From Nitrosotalea sp. (GTDB taxonomy: Archaea > Thermoproteota > Nitrososphaeria > Nitrososphaerales > Nitrosopumilaceae): DNA of 64,000 nucleotides. The stretch covers positions 3,955 through 67,954 of the forward strand of contig DASUKX010000013.1 of assembly GCA_036278495.1 (NCBI GenBank), given 5' to 3'. Of the stretch, positions 49,563-59,708 are shown one piece after another. A model generated the notes under the pieces. That model ran no database searches and had not been told where the DNA came from. It was given only the letters and a program-made list of their open reading frames with translations. Positions within the stretch are counted from its first letter, which is position 1, and every line of letters starts with the position of its first letter. A program made the translations under genes and the position numbers.

Positions 49563-50477
49563 CTATAGCACAAAAGCGCCTTTACTTGGCCTGCAGATTA
49601 TTGTAGTGCATTTTGTATCAGCTGTAGCAAATCCTTCTTCCATTGCTTTACAGATCTTTTTGTGATCTGCAGATTTCGATGTGAATGAAATTACTGATGG
49701 ACCTGCACCGCTTATTGTTACACCTAATGCACCAGCTTTTAGTGCACCTGATTTAACTTTGTCAAAACCTGGAATCAGGTGCTTTCTTGCAGGTTCAACA
49801 ATTATGTCTTTTATTGAATGACCTATCAATCCAACATCTTTTTTGATAAATCCTGTAGTTATTGCAGATGCATTAGCAAGATTCTTCACATAATCTGATA
49901 ATTTCACTTGTTTGGGAAGTACTCCTCTGGATACCTCGGTTTTTTTTTTCGGAACACTAATTTTTGGTATGGCAACACATAACACCAAATCCTTTGGAGG
50001 ATCAATTCTTATCACATCTAATGGATCGGTTCGTACTATTACAAATCCGCCTAGAACTGATGCACTTACATTGTCGTAATGAATAGATCCTGCACTAGCT
50101 TTTTCCCCAACTCCTGCAAATTTTACTAAAGCATTATGATCAAGGTCAAGATCAAATAATGCGTTGAACGCAACTGCAGCAGACGCAGCAGACGCAGCAC
50201 TACTGCCCATCCCAAATCCTGCCGGAACTCCCTTCTTAATTTTAATCAAAAGCCCGGATTTTATCTTGAATTCTTTTGCCATTTCTTTAATTACAAGCCC
50301 AGCTGAATTTTTTTCCGGTTCTAGAGGAATAGAATCTGAACTCTCGATGATGATTTTACTTCCTTTTATTATTATTTGGACTTCATCATAATATGCGTCA
50401 AGGGCTAGTCCAAACACATCAAAGCCAGGACCCAAATTAGCAGTAGAGCTAGGTGCTCTTGCAATTACGCTTTTCAT
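49563..50477 (-). CDS. thrB: Homoserine kinase
   Basis: ANLGPGFD, GMGSSAA, HYDN, ISGAGPS. Confidence 0.96.
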   Translation of the reverse strand: MKSVIARAPSSTANLGPGFDVFGLALDAYYDEVQIIIKGSKIIIESSDSIPLEPEKNSAGLVIKEMAKEFKIKSGLLIKIKKGVPAGFGMGSSAASAASAAVAFNALFDLDLDHNALVKFAGVGEKASAGSIHYDNVSASVLGGFVIVRTDPLDVIRIDPPKDLVLCVAIPKISVPKKKTEVSRGVLPKQVKLSDYVKNLANASAITTGFIKKDVGLIGHSIKDIIVEPARKHLIPGFDKVKSGALKAGALGVTISGAGPSVISFTSKSADHKKICKAMEEGFATADTKCTTIICRPSKGAFVL

Positions 50478-51235
50478 TAATCTTCTACCTCTTCGCCCAA
50501 ATTAAGTACGCGACTCAGTGCAGCTTGTAGGTTTGCCATGCCTTCCCCTGTAACATTGGAAATTGGAATCATTCCTTGAGCGAACCCGCCCAAATTCAAA
50601 CTTCTAAGAATGTTGATTGCAAGAGTATAATTTTCACCGTCAGCACTTTTCGCAAGAGCATCCTCCAGACTTGTCATATTTGTTGACCATTTTAGTACGT
50701 CTTTAATCTTATCTTCAATAAGATCTATCTTTGTCAAGACGTTTATCTGAGATAAACCAAGTCTTAATTTTATTGAGGTTGCAAGTAATGCAATTGAGAC
50801 AAAATTACTGGGCGATGTCATAAGTGATCCATCATGAAGAAATATGGAAGATTTTTCTTCTATGTTCAAATTTTGTATGATAAATGGCCCGCTTGCTCTA
50901 TATGCAAATAATTCCACCTGACCAGGTGTATCTATGATAAGGTAATCTGGATTTACATTATCTATTTCATTTTGCAACTCGTCTATTTTTGATGCAATAA
51001 GATCATTTGCCATTATCATTGATCCATTAGGACCAAGATCATATTGTTTCATAATTTGTACAACATCGACATAATCTCTAACATCTATATCGCATGTATA
51101 TGGTAAATTCTCAACACCTGGATCCAAATTCAGCATTCCTACAAAAGCGCCATTTCTGGAATAATAATCCAGAATTTTGGAAGCTAGCAACGATTTTCCG
51201 GCTCCCGCGGTTCCGACTAAGAATATTGCCTTCAT
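50477..51235 (-). CDS. GPN-loop GTPase
   Basis: GTAGAGKS, NLDP, LGPNG, DTPGQ.E, TKID. Confidence 0.93.
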   Translation of the reverse strand: MKAIFLVGTAGAGKSLLASKILDYYSRNGAFVGMLNLDPGVENLPYTCDIDVRDYVDVVQIMKQYDLGPNGSMIMANDLIASKIDELQNEIDNVNPDYLIIDTPGQVELFAYRASGPFIIQNLNIEEKSSIFLHDGSLMTSPSNFVSIALLATSIKLRLGLSQINVLTKIDLIEDKIKDVLKWSTNMTSLEDALAKSADGENYTLAINILRSLNLGGFAQGMIPISNVTGEGMANLQAALSRVLNLGEEVED

Positions 51236-51293
51236 TTTTCTAATAATTTATTTTATGTTGAGCTTATATTTCCATCCATGAGTAAGGCAGGCA

Positions 51294-52310
51294 ATGAATT
51301 GGAAACTTCTTGCAATTCCTGTTAGCATAATTCCATTTCTTATCATTGCTGCTACGTTTAATGTTAGTTTTGAGAATCTTCTCGCAATTGGTATTCTGCC
51401 CTTCATAGGAGCTTCAATAGCCATGGCTGGTAAATTATTCACTCAAGGACTAAAATTCAATTATCTTGTAAAGAAATTCTTAGGTCCTGTAGATGTAAAC
51501 TGGAGGACAATCTCTGTACGAATAGGCAGTGAATTTGTAACATCAACCACTCCTTCCTTTGTAGGAGGTGAATTGGTTAGAATAATGTGGTTGGGCAAAA
51601 AAGGTGTTCCCATAGGAAAGGCATCTTGGGTAACAATAATAGAAATTGTAACCGAAGTGCTAGTTTCTGGAATATTTGCAATTGCTGCTGCAGTAATTTC
51701 ATTTGCAAATGGATCCTATGCTATTGGAATAACAATTCTTGCAATTAGTGTTCCTATAACGGGACTCTGGTCCACCTTATTCTTTATGTCATCAAAAAGA
51801 ACATTCCAAATACCTGGGTGGGCATCACGAATTGCTACTAGAGTAGGAAAAGAACGTTCGCTAAAATATATTGATAAAACTAATCTCTGGATGAAAGAAA
51901 TCTGTGACATGAGTAGACAGACTCTTCATACAAAAGAAATCAAAAAAGCATTTACAGTTTCAATAATAATTTCTATATTTACATGGTCACTTTACGGTCT
52001 TTCATTTATGATAATTGCAAATGGTGCAGGTTATGTGATAAACTTTTTCCACTCTCTTATGGCTACAATGGCATCAATTGCAGTTGGTAACCTGCCAATC
52101 ACTATTGGTGGTTCTGGTCTAACTGAATTTTCAATTTGGGCATACTTGGGACACCTGAATAGCTTGACATTTGAAGCTGCAAAGAATAGTCTTCAATGGA
52201 ATATTGTGATTGGATGGAGAATAGCTACCTATCACGTTGGTCTTGTGATAAGCTGGCTCTTCCTTATGAGAGTAGTTTATCCTAGCATAAAGAAAGCAAA
52301 AACTGTATAG
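51294..52310 (+). CDS. UPF0104/LPG-synthase TM-domain (flippase-like) membrane protein
   Basis: TP..VGGE..R, P.T.GGSG..E, WR...Y. Confidence 0.85.
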   Translation: MNWKLLAIPVSIIPFLIIAATFNVSFENLLAIGILPFIGASIAMAGKLFTQGLKFNYLVKKFLGPVDVNWRTISVRIGSEFVTSTTPSFVGGELVRIMWLGKKGVPIGKASWVTIIEIVTEVLVSGIFAIAAAVISFANGSYAIGITILAISVPITGLWSTLFFMSSKRTFQIPGWASRIATRVGKERSLKYIDKTNLWMKEICDMSRQTLHTKEIKKAFTVSIIISIFTWSLYGLSFMIIANGAGYVINFFHSLMATMASIAVGNLPITIGGSGLTEFSIWAYLGHLNSLTFEAAKNSLQWNIVIGWRIATYHVGLVISWLFLMRVVYPSIKKAKTV

Positions 52311-52346
52311 AAAGCACTTTATTTTCAGGCCTTTAATTTTTAATTA

Positions 52347-53138
52347 TTGGATTATGCTGGTAAAGTAGTTGTTATTACAGGTGCATCAAGCGGGATTGGA
52401 GAACAATCAGCTGAGGAATTTGCAAAGTTGCACGCTAATGTGATACTTGTATCTAGAAATGAAGCGCAACTACAAAAAATAGCTACAAGATTATCAAAAT
52501 ATCAAATCAAGACTTTTGCTTATGCATGTGATGTGTCTGATAAGAATCAAGTAGACAAAATGGGAAAAATTATAATTGAAAAATTTGGTACTATTGATGT
52601 ACTTGTAAATAATGCAGGTTTTGGAATATACAATACTGTGGAAAAAACAAAAATAGATGAACTAGAGTCACAAATGTCTACAAATTTTCTTGGAATGATG
52701 TATTGTACAAAGGCATTTCTACCACAACTGCTCAAACAAGGATCTGGGCATATTGTTAATGTGGCATCTGTGGCAGGAAGCATTGGCATTCCTGGGATGG
52801 CAGCTTATTGCGCATCAAAATTTGCTATGCTGGGATTCTCTGAATCTTTATCTCATGAGCTAAAGGGAACAGGTGTAGGAGTTACTGTAGTAAGTCCAAT
52901 AATGGTAAGAACCAATTTCTTTAACCATGAGTCTTTTAGCAAAATGCCACGATATTCAACTACATCACTTGATCCAAAAACAGTAGCAAGTGCTGTTGTC
53001 AAAGCTGCATCATCACACAGACTTGAGATTGTTGTTCCACAACTTGTACGAATTGCAATATGGATGAAACAAACTTTTCCATATCTGATAAATCCCATTG
53101 TAGGCAGAATCTTTAGAAAATCAATGAAACCTAGCTAG
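52347..53138 (+). CDS. Short-chain dehydrogenase/reductase
   Basis: TGASSGIG, NNAG, YCASK. Confidence 0.92.
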   Translation: MDYAGKVVVITGASSGIGEQSAEEFAKLHANVILVSRNEAQLQKIATRLSKYQIKTFAYACDVSDKNQVDKMGKIIIEKFGTIDVLVNNAGFGIYNTVEKTKIDELESQMSTNFLGMMYCTKAFLPQLLKQGSGHIVNVASVAGSIGIPGMAAYCASKFAMLGFSESLSHELKGTGVGVTVVSPIMVRTNFFNHESFSKMPRYSTTSLDPKTVASAVVKAASSHRLEIVVPQLVRIAIWMKQTFPYLINPIVGRIFRKSMKPS

Positions 53139-53145
53139 ACTAGGC

Positions 53146-53544
53146 TTATTCTTCTGACTCTTCTTCTCCTGAAGAATCCGAGTCCACATCCATTAACTCC
53201 AGATTTGTCAGTTCGAATTGATAAATTGCATCCATGTCAATTTCCATTTCCTTCTTCAAAAATTCTATAACTTTTTTACTTAATGGTGCCTTGAGTGAAT
53301 TTATTGTAAATTCATAAACAACCCCTTTCATGAGGCTTGATGGCTTTACTTTTTTTGGTAAATTCATTCCTTCTATTATCTTTCTTCCATCTTCAATGGC
53401 CTCATAAAGTTGAGAATCTATCTTCATGTCTTTTTCATAAATCTCAAGTATGTAGCCGGTTCTTGTAATGGATTCTGGCTTGCCAAATTTGGCATCTTTT
53501 ATTTCGTCTTGTACCCACTTTGGAATTTCTTTTTCTTTTCCCAT
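53146..53544 (-). CDS. Hypothetical protein with acidic tail
   Basis: 132 aa ORF co-oriented with its neighbours. Confidence 0.75.
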   Translation of the reverse strand: MGKEKEIPKWVQDEIKDAKFGKPESITRTGYILEIYEKDMKIDSQLYEAIEDGRKIIEGMNLPKKVKPSSLMKGVVYEFTINSLKAPLSKKVIEFLKKEMEIDMDAIYQFELTNLELMDVDSDSSGEEESEE

Positions 53545-53560
53545 TATAACTCACTGTAGT

Positions 53561-53782
53561 TTAGCCTTGTTTGTCTTTTTTACTTGTTGTCCACCAATCA
53601 CGATATTCATCATGCTTGTCTTCACGTGTTTTCTCTCGCTTGTTTAATCTGTATCTTATGTCACTTACTTGTTCTCTAGTAGCAAACAAACCGCATTTCT
53701 TACAAATGAAGTGTTTTGTATTAGCATCAAATTTCATTTCTATGACTACTTCTTTAGCTGCACATTCGGGGCACTCAGTCAA
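53561..53782 (-). CDS. Small Zn-ribbon protein
   Basis: CPEC...CKKCG. Confidence 0.8.
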   Translation of the reverse strand: MTECPECAAKEVVIEMKFDANTKHFICKKCGLFATREQVSDIRYRLNKREKTREDKHDEYRDWWTTSKKDKQG

Positions 53783-53824
53783 CGACGGCGATCATCAAAG
53801 TTATCCATAAAAGCTTTTGGTCAG

Positions 53825-53895
53825 TTTCTGGTACGCGGTCTATGTCTTCATCCCTAAAAGGTCAGTTCGCCCATCTAAGTGCCGCGTACCAGGAG
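53825..53895. ncRNA. Candidate small RNA hairpin with K-turn-like boxes
   Basis: 11-bp GC stem CTGGTACGCGG/CCGCGTACCAG; minus strand contains CTGA-CC-TTTTA-GG-GATGA. Confidence 0.55.
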
Positions 53896-53927
53896 ATTAT
53901 GTCCAATTTAAAAAATTATAATTCTTT

Positions 53928-55160
53928 CTAGTTTTCTAACATCTCGGAGATTATCTTTACTGTATTTTTTGTACCTCCAGTATTGTAGTTTCTTGAAAAC
54001 TCTGAAAGATTCTCCTGATACTTGTTGTAGTCATTGTGTATCCGAGAAACTGCTTTAACAGTCTGTTTCACAGTTGTAGCTAGAATTCCGAGGTTCTTGT
54101 CCTGTGCCCATTTTATCTGATTTGTATGTTCATCGTAGACTGGTATTCCTATGACTGGCTTTGCTTTTCCTCCTAAAATCTCACCCATTGCAGTATGGGA
54201 GCCGTTTATCACGGCATATTTACACAAATCCAGAACCGTGTCCTTTTCTTGTTCTGATAAGAATCCTACATCTATCTGGATCCAATCTATTTTTTTTTCA
54301 ACAGCTTCAGCAAATGAATATGTCTTTCCATCCTTTCCTAGAACTTTGTCTAGGGAAGGATCTGAACTTGCATGTGAAATTAATCTTCTTTCTTTGGTCA
54401 TCTCAGAACTATTGAAGGATGTTTTATAATTTTCCAAAGTTATCTTCTTTGTTGATTTATTTCCTGTTATCATCCAATACCCAAAGCTATCTGCATTTTC
54501 AATTAGTTTTTCCACATTGGACTTGGGTTTTGAGTGTACTATTCCGCCATTTGAAAAATGACCTACATACACAACTTTTTCTTTTATCTTGTCAGTAAAA
54601 TTCAGATTGTATTCACAAATGGTATAGGGTGGAGGAGAGTCTGCAACTATTATCTTCATTGCTTTCTCAATATTTTTTGATACGTATATCACACCAGGAT
54701 AAAGATAAAATCTAGAAGCCCAAAGCTTTGGTCTGAATTGGTTTGTGATAAAAATACACTTGATATTTCTCCTCTGCGCAATTGCATTTGAGCCTACATC
54801 TCCATCATTTATGACCAGATCAAATTTCTGATTATTGTAAAGATTACCTTCCTTTCTTAGATAGTTAGTCACAACTGAAAGTAGAGGGGGCCTTCCAGAC
54901 ACTGGCAAGAGAAAATTAAGTGAAGACAAGGTAATACTAGGACCCTTCTTGCCGTCTATTGGTGTGGGCATCTCAATATTGTGGATCCTGTCTTTATTTT
55001 GAGGAAATTTTTGTAATAGTTTTTGATAAATTTCACCACTGCTTGTATAATGCATTTGAACGTCATCCTTCATTGTATCTTTAATTGCTTCATCTAGATG
55101 CATCATTCTTGTAAAATGGCCATTTCCCCAAGGATAGATAAATCCGCCAATCTTTTTCAT
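53928..55160 (-). CDS. GT-B glycosyltransferase (GT28/MurG-like)
   Basis: WGNGHFTR, DLVIND, C-terminal GSHT..E...KP...P...E..N. Confidence 0.85.
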   Translation of the reverse strand: MKKIGGFIYPWGNGHFTRMMHLDEAIKDTMKDDVQMHYTSSGEIYQKLLQKFPQNKDRIHNIEMPTPIDGKKGPSITLSSLNFLLPVSGRPPLLSVVTNYLRKEGNLYNNQKFDLVINDGDVGSNAIAQRRNIKCIFITNQFRPKLWASRFYLYPGVIYVSKNIEKAMKIIVADSPPPYTICEYNLNFTDKIKEKVVYVGHFSNGGIVHSKPKSNVEKLIENADSFGYWMITGNKSTKKITLENYKTSFNSSEMTKERRLISHASSDPSLDKVLGKDGKTYSFAEAVEKKIDWIQIDVGFLSEQEKDTVLDLCKYAVINGSHTAMGEILGGKAKPVIGIPVYDEHTNQIKWAQDKNLGILATTVKQTVKAVSRIHNDYNKYQENLSEFSRNYNTGGTKNTVKIISEMLEN

Positions 55161-55191
55161 ACATGAAAGTAAATTTGACCTGTTTAAATTC

Positions 55192-56316
55192 TCAATGATT
55201 TGATTTTAATGAATCAATTATGTCATGTATATTTTTTGGACCGATGGTAACTGGGATGTGTTTGAGAGTCTTTAGCGTGTCCTTTGCATACTTTGTTACT
55301 TCGGACATGGAAACTCTCTTGTAATTGAGATGTTTTTTACAAAGATCTTCTAAATTTGTAATGTATTTTTCAAGCCCTATCTCTCTTGCATTTTCAAAAA
55401 TTTCAGAATCTATGCCGGAAAGGGGAATCCATGGGGTGATCTTATTCTGTAATGCCAAGTTTAAATTGAATTCACAGAATGATGCGGGAAAGATCATGGG
55501 CGATATTCCCAAGGAAATCCTCTCAATTTTTTCCTTTAATGATATTGATATCATAACTTGGGTTATTGCAGTGATTGTGGTCAATATTCCAGATGACCAG
55601 TTTATCTTGCAGGTGTAAAGAATGATGTTTTCTTCAATAATCCGTGGCAATATTTTATTTAAGATCTTGACTAACTTGAGCAAGTCCGATTCACTACGGT
55701 AGCAAACCAGTATCTTTACCTCAAAACCCATCTTCATGGTTTGAAGACAAGATATTGCAGAGAGTTCATCATGAATACAACATAGGATCTCTTCTTTTTG
55801 CGAATAATACGGAAGACCGTTCAATCCTTTGTCTACAAAAATACAAACATAGACATGAGAATCTGTCAAATATGCATAGACTAGTCTGTCGTGATTTGAC
55901 TCTGAGCCAGGCCTTACCTCAAGGGTTACACTCTTGTCTACCAATGTAGTAGTTACTGCCATCTCCAAATCTTTTGCTAGAAATTTTCTTGTCTTGCCAT
56001 CAACCTTGACATAAAATTTTTCTCCTTTTACGAATAAACTCAGAGTAGTATTTGTGATAACTGATAATGCCGAGTCAAAATCAGTATCTATTTCCCGTGC
56101 AATTGCAATCTTGTCTATCCCAAATAATAAATTCACTGCAGATGAGGCAAGCACTGGATCAGTTGCCTCTACTATAATCAATGATTCATTCTTTCTTATG
56201 TTTTCATATGGTTGATTTTTTATCTTGAGAATTTTTGATATGTTTGTTGTAAGGTTATTTATTTTATTCAATGAATAGATAGAAGGAAAAACAACAAGCA
56301 CTGTTTTCTCTGACAT
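55192..56316 (-). CDS. ThiI-like THUMP-domain protein with degenerate PP-loop
   Basis: LFGI..IAIA, THUMP region, GLNGLP; the SGGxDS motif is replaced by IHDELS. Confidence 0.75.
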   Translation of the reverse strand: MSEKTVLVVFPSIYSLNKINNLTTNISKILKIKNQPYENIRKNESLIIVEATDPVLASSAVNLLFGIDKIAIAREIDTDFDSALSVITNTTLSLFVKGEKFYVKVDGKTRKFLAKDLEMAVTTTLVDKSVTLEVRPGSESNHDRLVYAYLTDSHVYVCIFVDKGLNGLPYYSQKEEILCCIHDELSAISCLQTMKMGFEVKILVCYRSESDLLKLVKILNKILPRIIEENIILYTCKINWSSGILTTITAITQVMISISLKEKIERISLGISPMIFPASFCEFNLNLALQNKITPWIPLSGIDSEIFENAREIGLEKYITNLEDLCKKHLNYKRVSMSEVTKYAKDTLKTLKHIPVTIGPKNIHDIIDSLKSNH

Positions 56317-56402
56317 TATGTTTTCATTGTTTGGCTCATTTATAACTCTAGAATGAATGTTTTACCTAAATAATTATATGACGAATGATGACAATTTTCA
56401 TC

Positions 56403-57122
56403 ATGCCAAAGTTTACTGCTGAGCAAGTACAGCAATTAAATGCAAATCTAAAAACTCCTCAAGAAGTTCTCAAGTGGTCATTTGATAATCTTCATCCAAA
56501 GTTAGCCATGGCATCAAGTTTTGGTGCAGAGGATGTAGTTGTAATTGATATGATGATGAAAATAAACCCTAAAGCAAGAATCTTTACTCTTGATACGGGC
56601 AGACTCAATCAAGAAACATACGATGTAATGGATGAAATACGCAAGAAATACAATACAAGCATAGAAGTAATGTTTCCAGATCAGAATGAAGTAGAACAGA
56701 TGGTTCGTGTAAATGGCTTGAATTTATTTTATCATAGTGTTGGCAACAGGAAACTTTGTTGTGGCATAAGAAAGGTTCATCCACTCAACAGGATTCTTTC
56801 TACACTGGATGGGTGGATCACCGGGTTGAGAGCAGATCAAACTGAGGTGCGATCAAATGCAAACAAGCTAGAACTTGATGAACAACATAACGGTATAATT
56901 AAGATAAATCCTATAATAGAATGGACTTGGGATCAAACTTGGGATTACATCAAGAAAAACAACATTCCGTACAACAAACTGCATGACAATGGATTTCCTA
57001 GCATTGGATGCGAACCATGTACACGTGCAATCAAACCCGGAGAATCATTACGAGCTGGACGATGGTGGTGGGAATCTGATTCTCAAAAAGAATGTGGATT
57101 GCACGCCGACCACGGAAAGTGA
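56403..57122 (+). CDS. cysH: APS/PAPS reductase (CC...CxxC Fe-S type)
   Basis: SFGAED, LDTG, CCGIRKV.PL, SIGCEPCT, RAGRW, ECGLH. Confidence 0.95.
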   Translation: MPKFTAEQVQQLNANLKTPQEVLKWSFDNLHPKLAMASSFGAEDVVVIDMMMKINPKARIFTLDTGRLNQETYDVMDEIRKKYNTSIEVMFPDQNEVEQMVRVNGLNLFYHSVGNRKLCCGIRKVHPLNRILSTLDGWITGLRADQTEVRSNANKLELDEQHNGIIKINPIIEWTWDQTWDYIKKNNIPYNKLHDNGFPSIGCEPCTRAIKPGESLRAGRWWWESDSQKECGLHADHGK

Positions 57123-57127
57123 TATAA

Positions 57128-58267
57128 TTGGGAGGTACTGGTGTAGCAAAACCACATGGTGGTAAATTAGTAAGTAGAATTACAGAAAAAGATCCAGGAG
57201 AATTATTTTCTATTTCTGTTAGTGCTGATCTTGCAAATGACATTGAAAACATTGCTGATGGAATTTTTAGTCCGCTTGAAGGATTTCTAATTCAAGATGA
57301 TTTCGAGAATGTAGTTTCTCAAGGTAGACTGGCAAATGATTTGCCATGGACAGTTCCAATCATACTTGATGTAGACAAAGATACTGCCGCAAAGATGAAA
57401 GATGCAGGAGATGTTGCTCTAAGTGTAGGGGGCAAAAATTTTGCCATTCTACATGTAGATGATGTTTATAATTTTGATAGAAATATCGTCTCAACCAAAA
57501 TCTATGGAACATCTGATCTAAAACACCCGGGTGTTGCAAAAACCATGAACATGAAAGAATTTCTTGTTGGTGGAAAAATTGACTATGTAAAAAGACCTGA
57601 TGAAACTCAAATCAGAAGATACCGAAAAACCCCTACTGAAACAAGAGATTTTTTTCAAAAGGCCGGATGGAAAACAATTGTAGCCTTTCAAACAAGAAAT
57701 GTACCACATATAGCGCATGAGATGCTTCAAAAAGCATCCCTTAACACAAATGATGGGTTATTTGTTAATCCTCTAATTGGAAAGAAAAAATCTGGAGATT
57801 ATACAGACGAGGCAATTGTTACCGCTTATGAAACTCTCATGGAGCACTATTATCCTCTAAACAGATGTTATCTTGGTACATTACATACAGAGATGAGATA
57901 TGCAGGACCAAAAGAAGCAATACATCATTCTATAATGAGAAAAAACTTTGGATGTACTAATATCATAATAGGACGAGATCATGCAGGTGTAGGTACATAC
58001 TATGATCCCTTTGCTTCACAAAAAATATTTGATTCATATCCTGATATTGGCATAGAACCAATTTTCTTTCCAGCATTTTTCTATTGTAGAAAGTGCTTAT
58101 CATTTGCAAGTGAACGAAATTGTCCTCATGGCACAGAATACCAAGAAAGTCTAAGCGGAACTAAACTTAGAGCCATGATTCTTGATAAGCAAAATCCATC
58201 TGAGTATTTGATGAGGCCAGAGGTATTCAAAATACTAACAAAATTAGATAACCCCTTTGTGGACTAG
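57128..58267 (+). CDS. sat: Sulfate adenylyltransferase
   Basis: [26 protein letters not shown]. Confidence 0.96.
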   Translation: MGGTGVAKPHGGKLVSRITEKDPGELFSISVSADLANDIENIADGIFSPLEGFLIQDDFENVVSQGRLANDLPWTVPIILDVDKDTAAKMKDAGDVALSVGGKNFAILHVDDVYNFDRNIVSTKIYGTSDLKHPGVAKTMNMKEFLVGGKIDYVKRPDETQIRRYRKTPTETRDFFQKAGWKTIVAFQTRNVPHIAHEMLQKASLNTNDGLFVNPLIGKKKSGDYTDEAIVTAYETLMEHYYPLNRCYLGTLHTEMRYAGPKEAIHHSIMRKNFGCTNIIIGRDHAGVGTYYDPFASQKIFDSYPDIGIEPIFFPAFFYCRKCLSFASERNCPHGTEYQESLSGTKLRAMILDKQNPSEYLMRPEVFKILTKLDNPFVD

Positions 58268-58297
58268 ATTTTTATTGAAATGATATCATTCTAGATC

Positions 58298-59002
58298 ATG
58301 CGTCTCTTGCTCGTTATACTTTTGCTAGCGGGTTCATTTTTACCTGTATATGCTCAGGAATCAACCATGAACAAGTCAGAGCGTTATGATTCTGTTCTAG
58401 TTCCATATAGCGCATTTAATGTATATGCCAAAAATGCAACAGTTTTCAAACTTGATCATGAACATGTAACTAACTGGGAGCTTGAAATGCAAAACAAACT
58501 CCAGTATACAAATCAAGAGGGAAATGCAGTAGTGCGATTATATGAAGATCTTAACACGCCCAAGTTTATAGAAATTGGAATGGGTGGTCCACCTGACTAT
58601 AGATTCTGGGTAGCGGTAAATACTCCTGAAGATGGATATTTTATAATTCATGATGAGAAAAAAATAGGCTGGACTCCTGACAAACTCATAACTGCAACTC
58701 ATTCAAGTAGTGGTGGTCTTACTGTTAGTGTTGGATCCAAGGATGCAGTATCTAACTTGGATGTTGCAGGGTTCACAATGAGGGAATTTACTGTTTCTGG
58801 AATGAATTCTGCTTCTGACTCTCCTCCAGTAAATTCTGGAGCATTAACTTTTAGTGTTATTTCTGGAGATCCTTCTGGAAATCCAATATTTTACATGCCA
58901 TTTATGGTACTTGCAGTAACGTTGGTCTTGATTGTAGTACTGTTGAAAACTAAAAAGAGATCAGCAGAATCAAAAAAGATACCTGAGAATAAATCATCCT
59001 AG
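58298..59002 (+). CDS. Cell-surface protein with signal peptide and C-terminal TM anchor
   Basis: Hydrophobic N-terminus ending VYA; C-terminal TM followed by basic tail. Confidence 0.78.
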   Translation: MRLLLVILLLAGSFLPVYAQESTMNKSERYDSVLVPYSAFNVYAKNATVFKLDHEHVTNWELEMQNKLQYTNQEGNAVVRLYEDLNTPKFIEIGMGGPPDYRFWVAVNTPEDGYFIIHDEKKIGWTPDKLITATHSSSGGLTVSVGSKDAVSNLDVAGFTMREFTVSGMNSASDSPPVNSGALTFSVISGDPSGNPIFYMPFMVLAVTLVLIVVLLKTKKRSAESKKIPENKSS

Positions 59003-59655
59003 TTTGCAGTCTTGTAATACTTGCAATCTTTTTTTATTTTACAAACAGAACACATCGGTGAAATTGGTTTGCAAATATTCTGTCCATACATGACAAATGT
59101 ATCATTTATCCTAATCCACTGTTCTTTTGGAATTATTTTCATTAATTCAATCTCTGTTTCTTCTGGAATTTTTGTCTGCACCAATCCAAGTCGATTGGAA
59201 ATCCTGTGCACGTGTGTATCTACAGGTATTGCTGGTTCATCAAATGCATAAACTAGAACACAATTTGCGGTCTTTCTTCCTACTCCTGGTAAACTCAATA
59301 ATTCCTCCATGGTTTTAGGGACCTTGCCTGAATATTTTGAATTTATAATTGAGGCAACTTCGATTATTCTTTTTGCTTTTACATGATAGAAGCCTGTCCT
59401 TTTGATTATTTTTTCTACATCTGATAATTTTGCACCTGCAAGCGAGCTTGCTGTTTTGTATTTTGAGAATAATATTTTAACTACAGATGCAGTGCTTTCA
59501 TCTCTTGTTCTGGCAGATAGTATTGTTCCTATTAAAATACTCAATGGGCTTCCATTTTCGGCCTCGCGTAATTCTCTGAGTGCGGTCATGCGTGGTGGCT
59601 TTACGGAATTCATTGTTGAGATCATACCATCTAAAATTTTTTTAATTTTTTCCAA
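58999..59655 (-). CDS. nth: Endonuclease III
   Basis: LPGVGRKTA, VDTHV, C-x6-C-x2-C-x5-C. Confidence 0.95.
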   Translation of the reverse strand: MEKIKKILDGMISTMNSVKPPRMTALRELREAENGSPLSILIGTILSARTRDESTASVVKILFSKYKTASSLAGAKLSDVEKIIKRTGFYHVKAKRIIEVASIINSKYSGKVPKTMEELLSLPGVGRKTANCVLVYAFDEPAIPVDTHVHRISNRLGLVQTKIPEETEIELMKIIPKEQWIRINDTFVMYGQNICKPISPMCSVCKIKKDCKYYKTAN

Positions 59656-59708
59656 TTGATTTTATGTTAACCACACAAGTATTATATCTGTTATAACAAA
59701 GCAGATCA

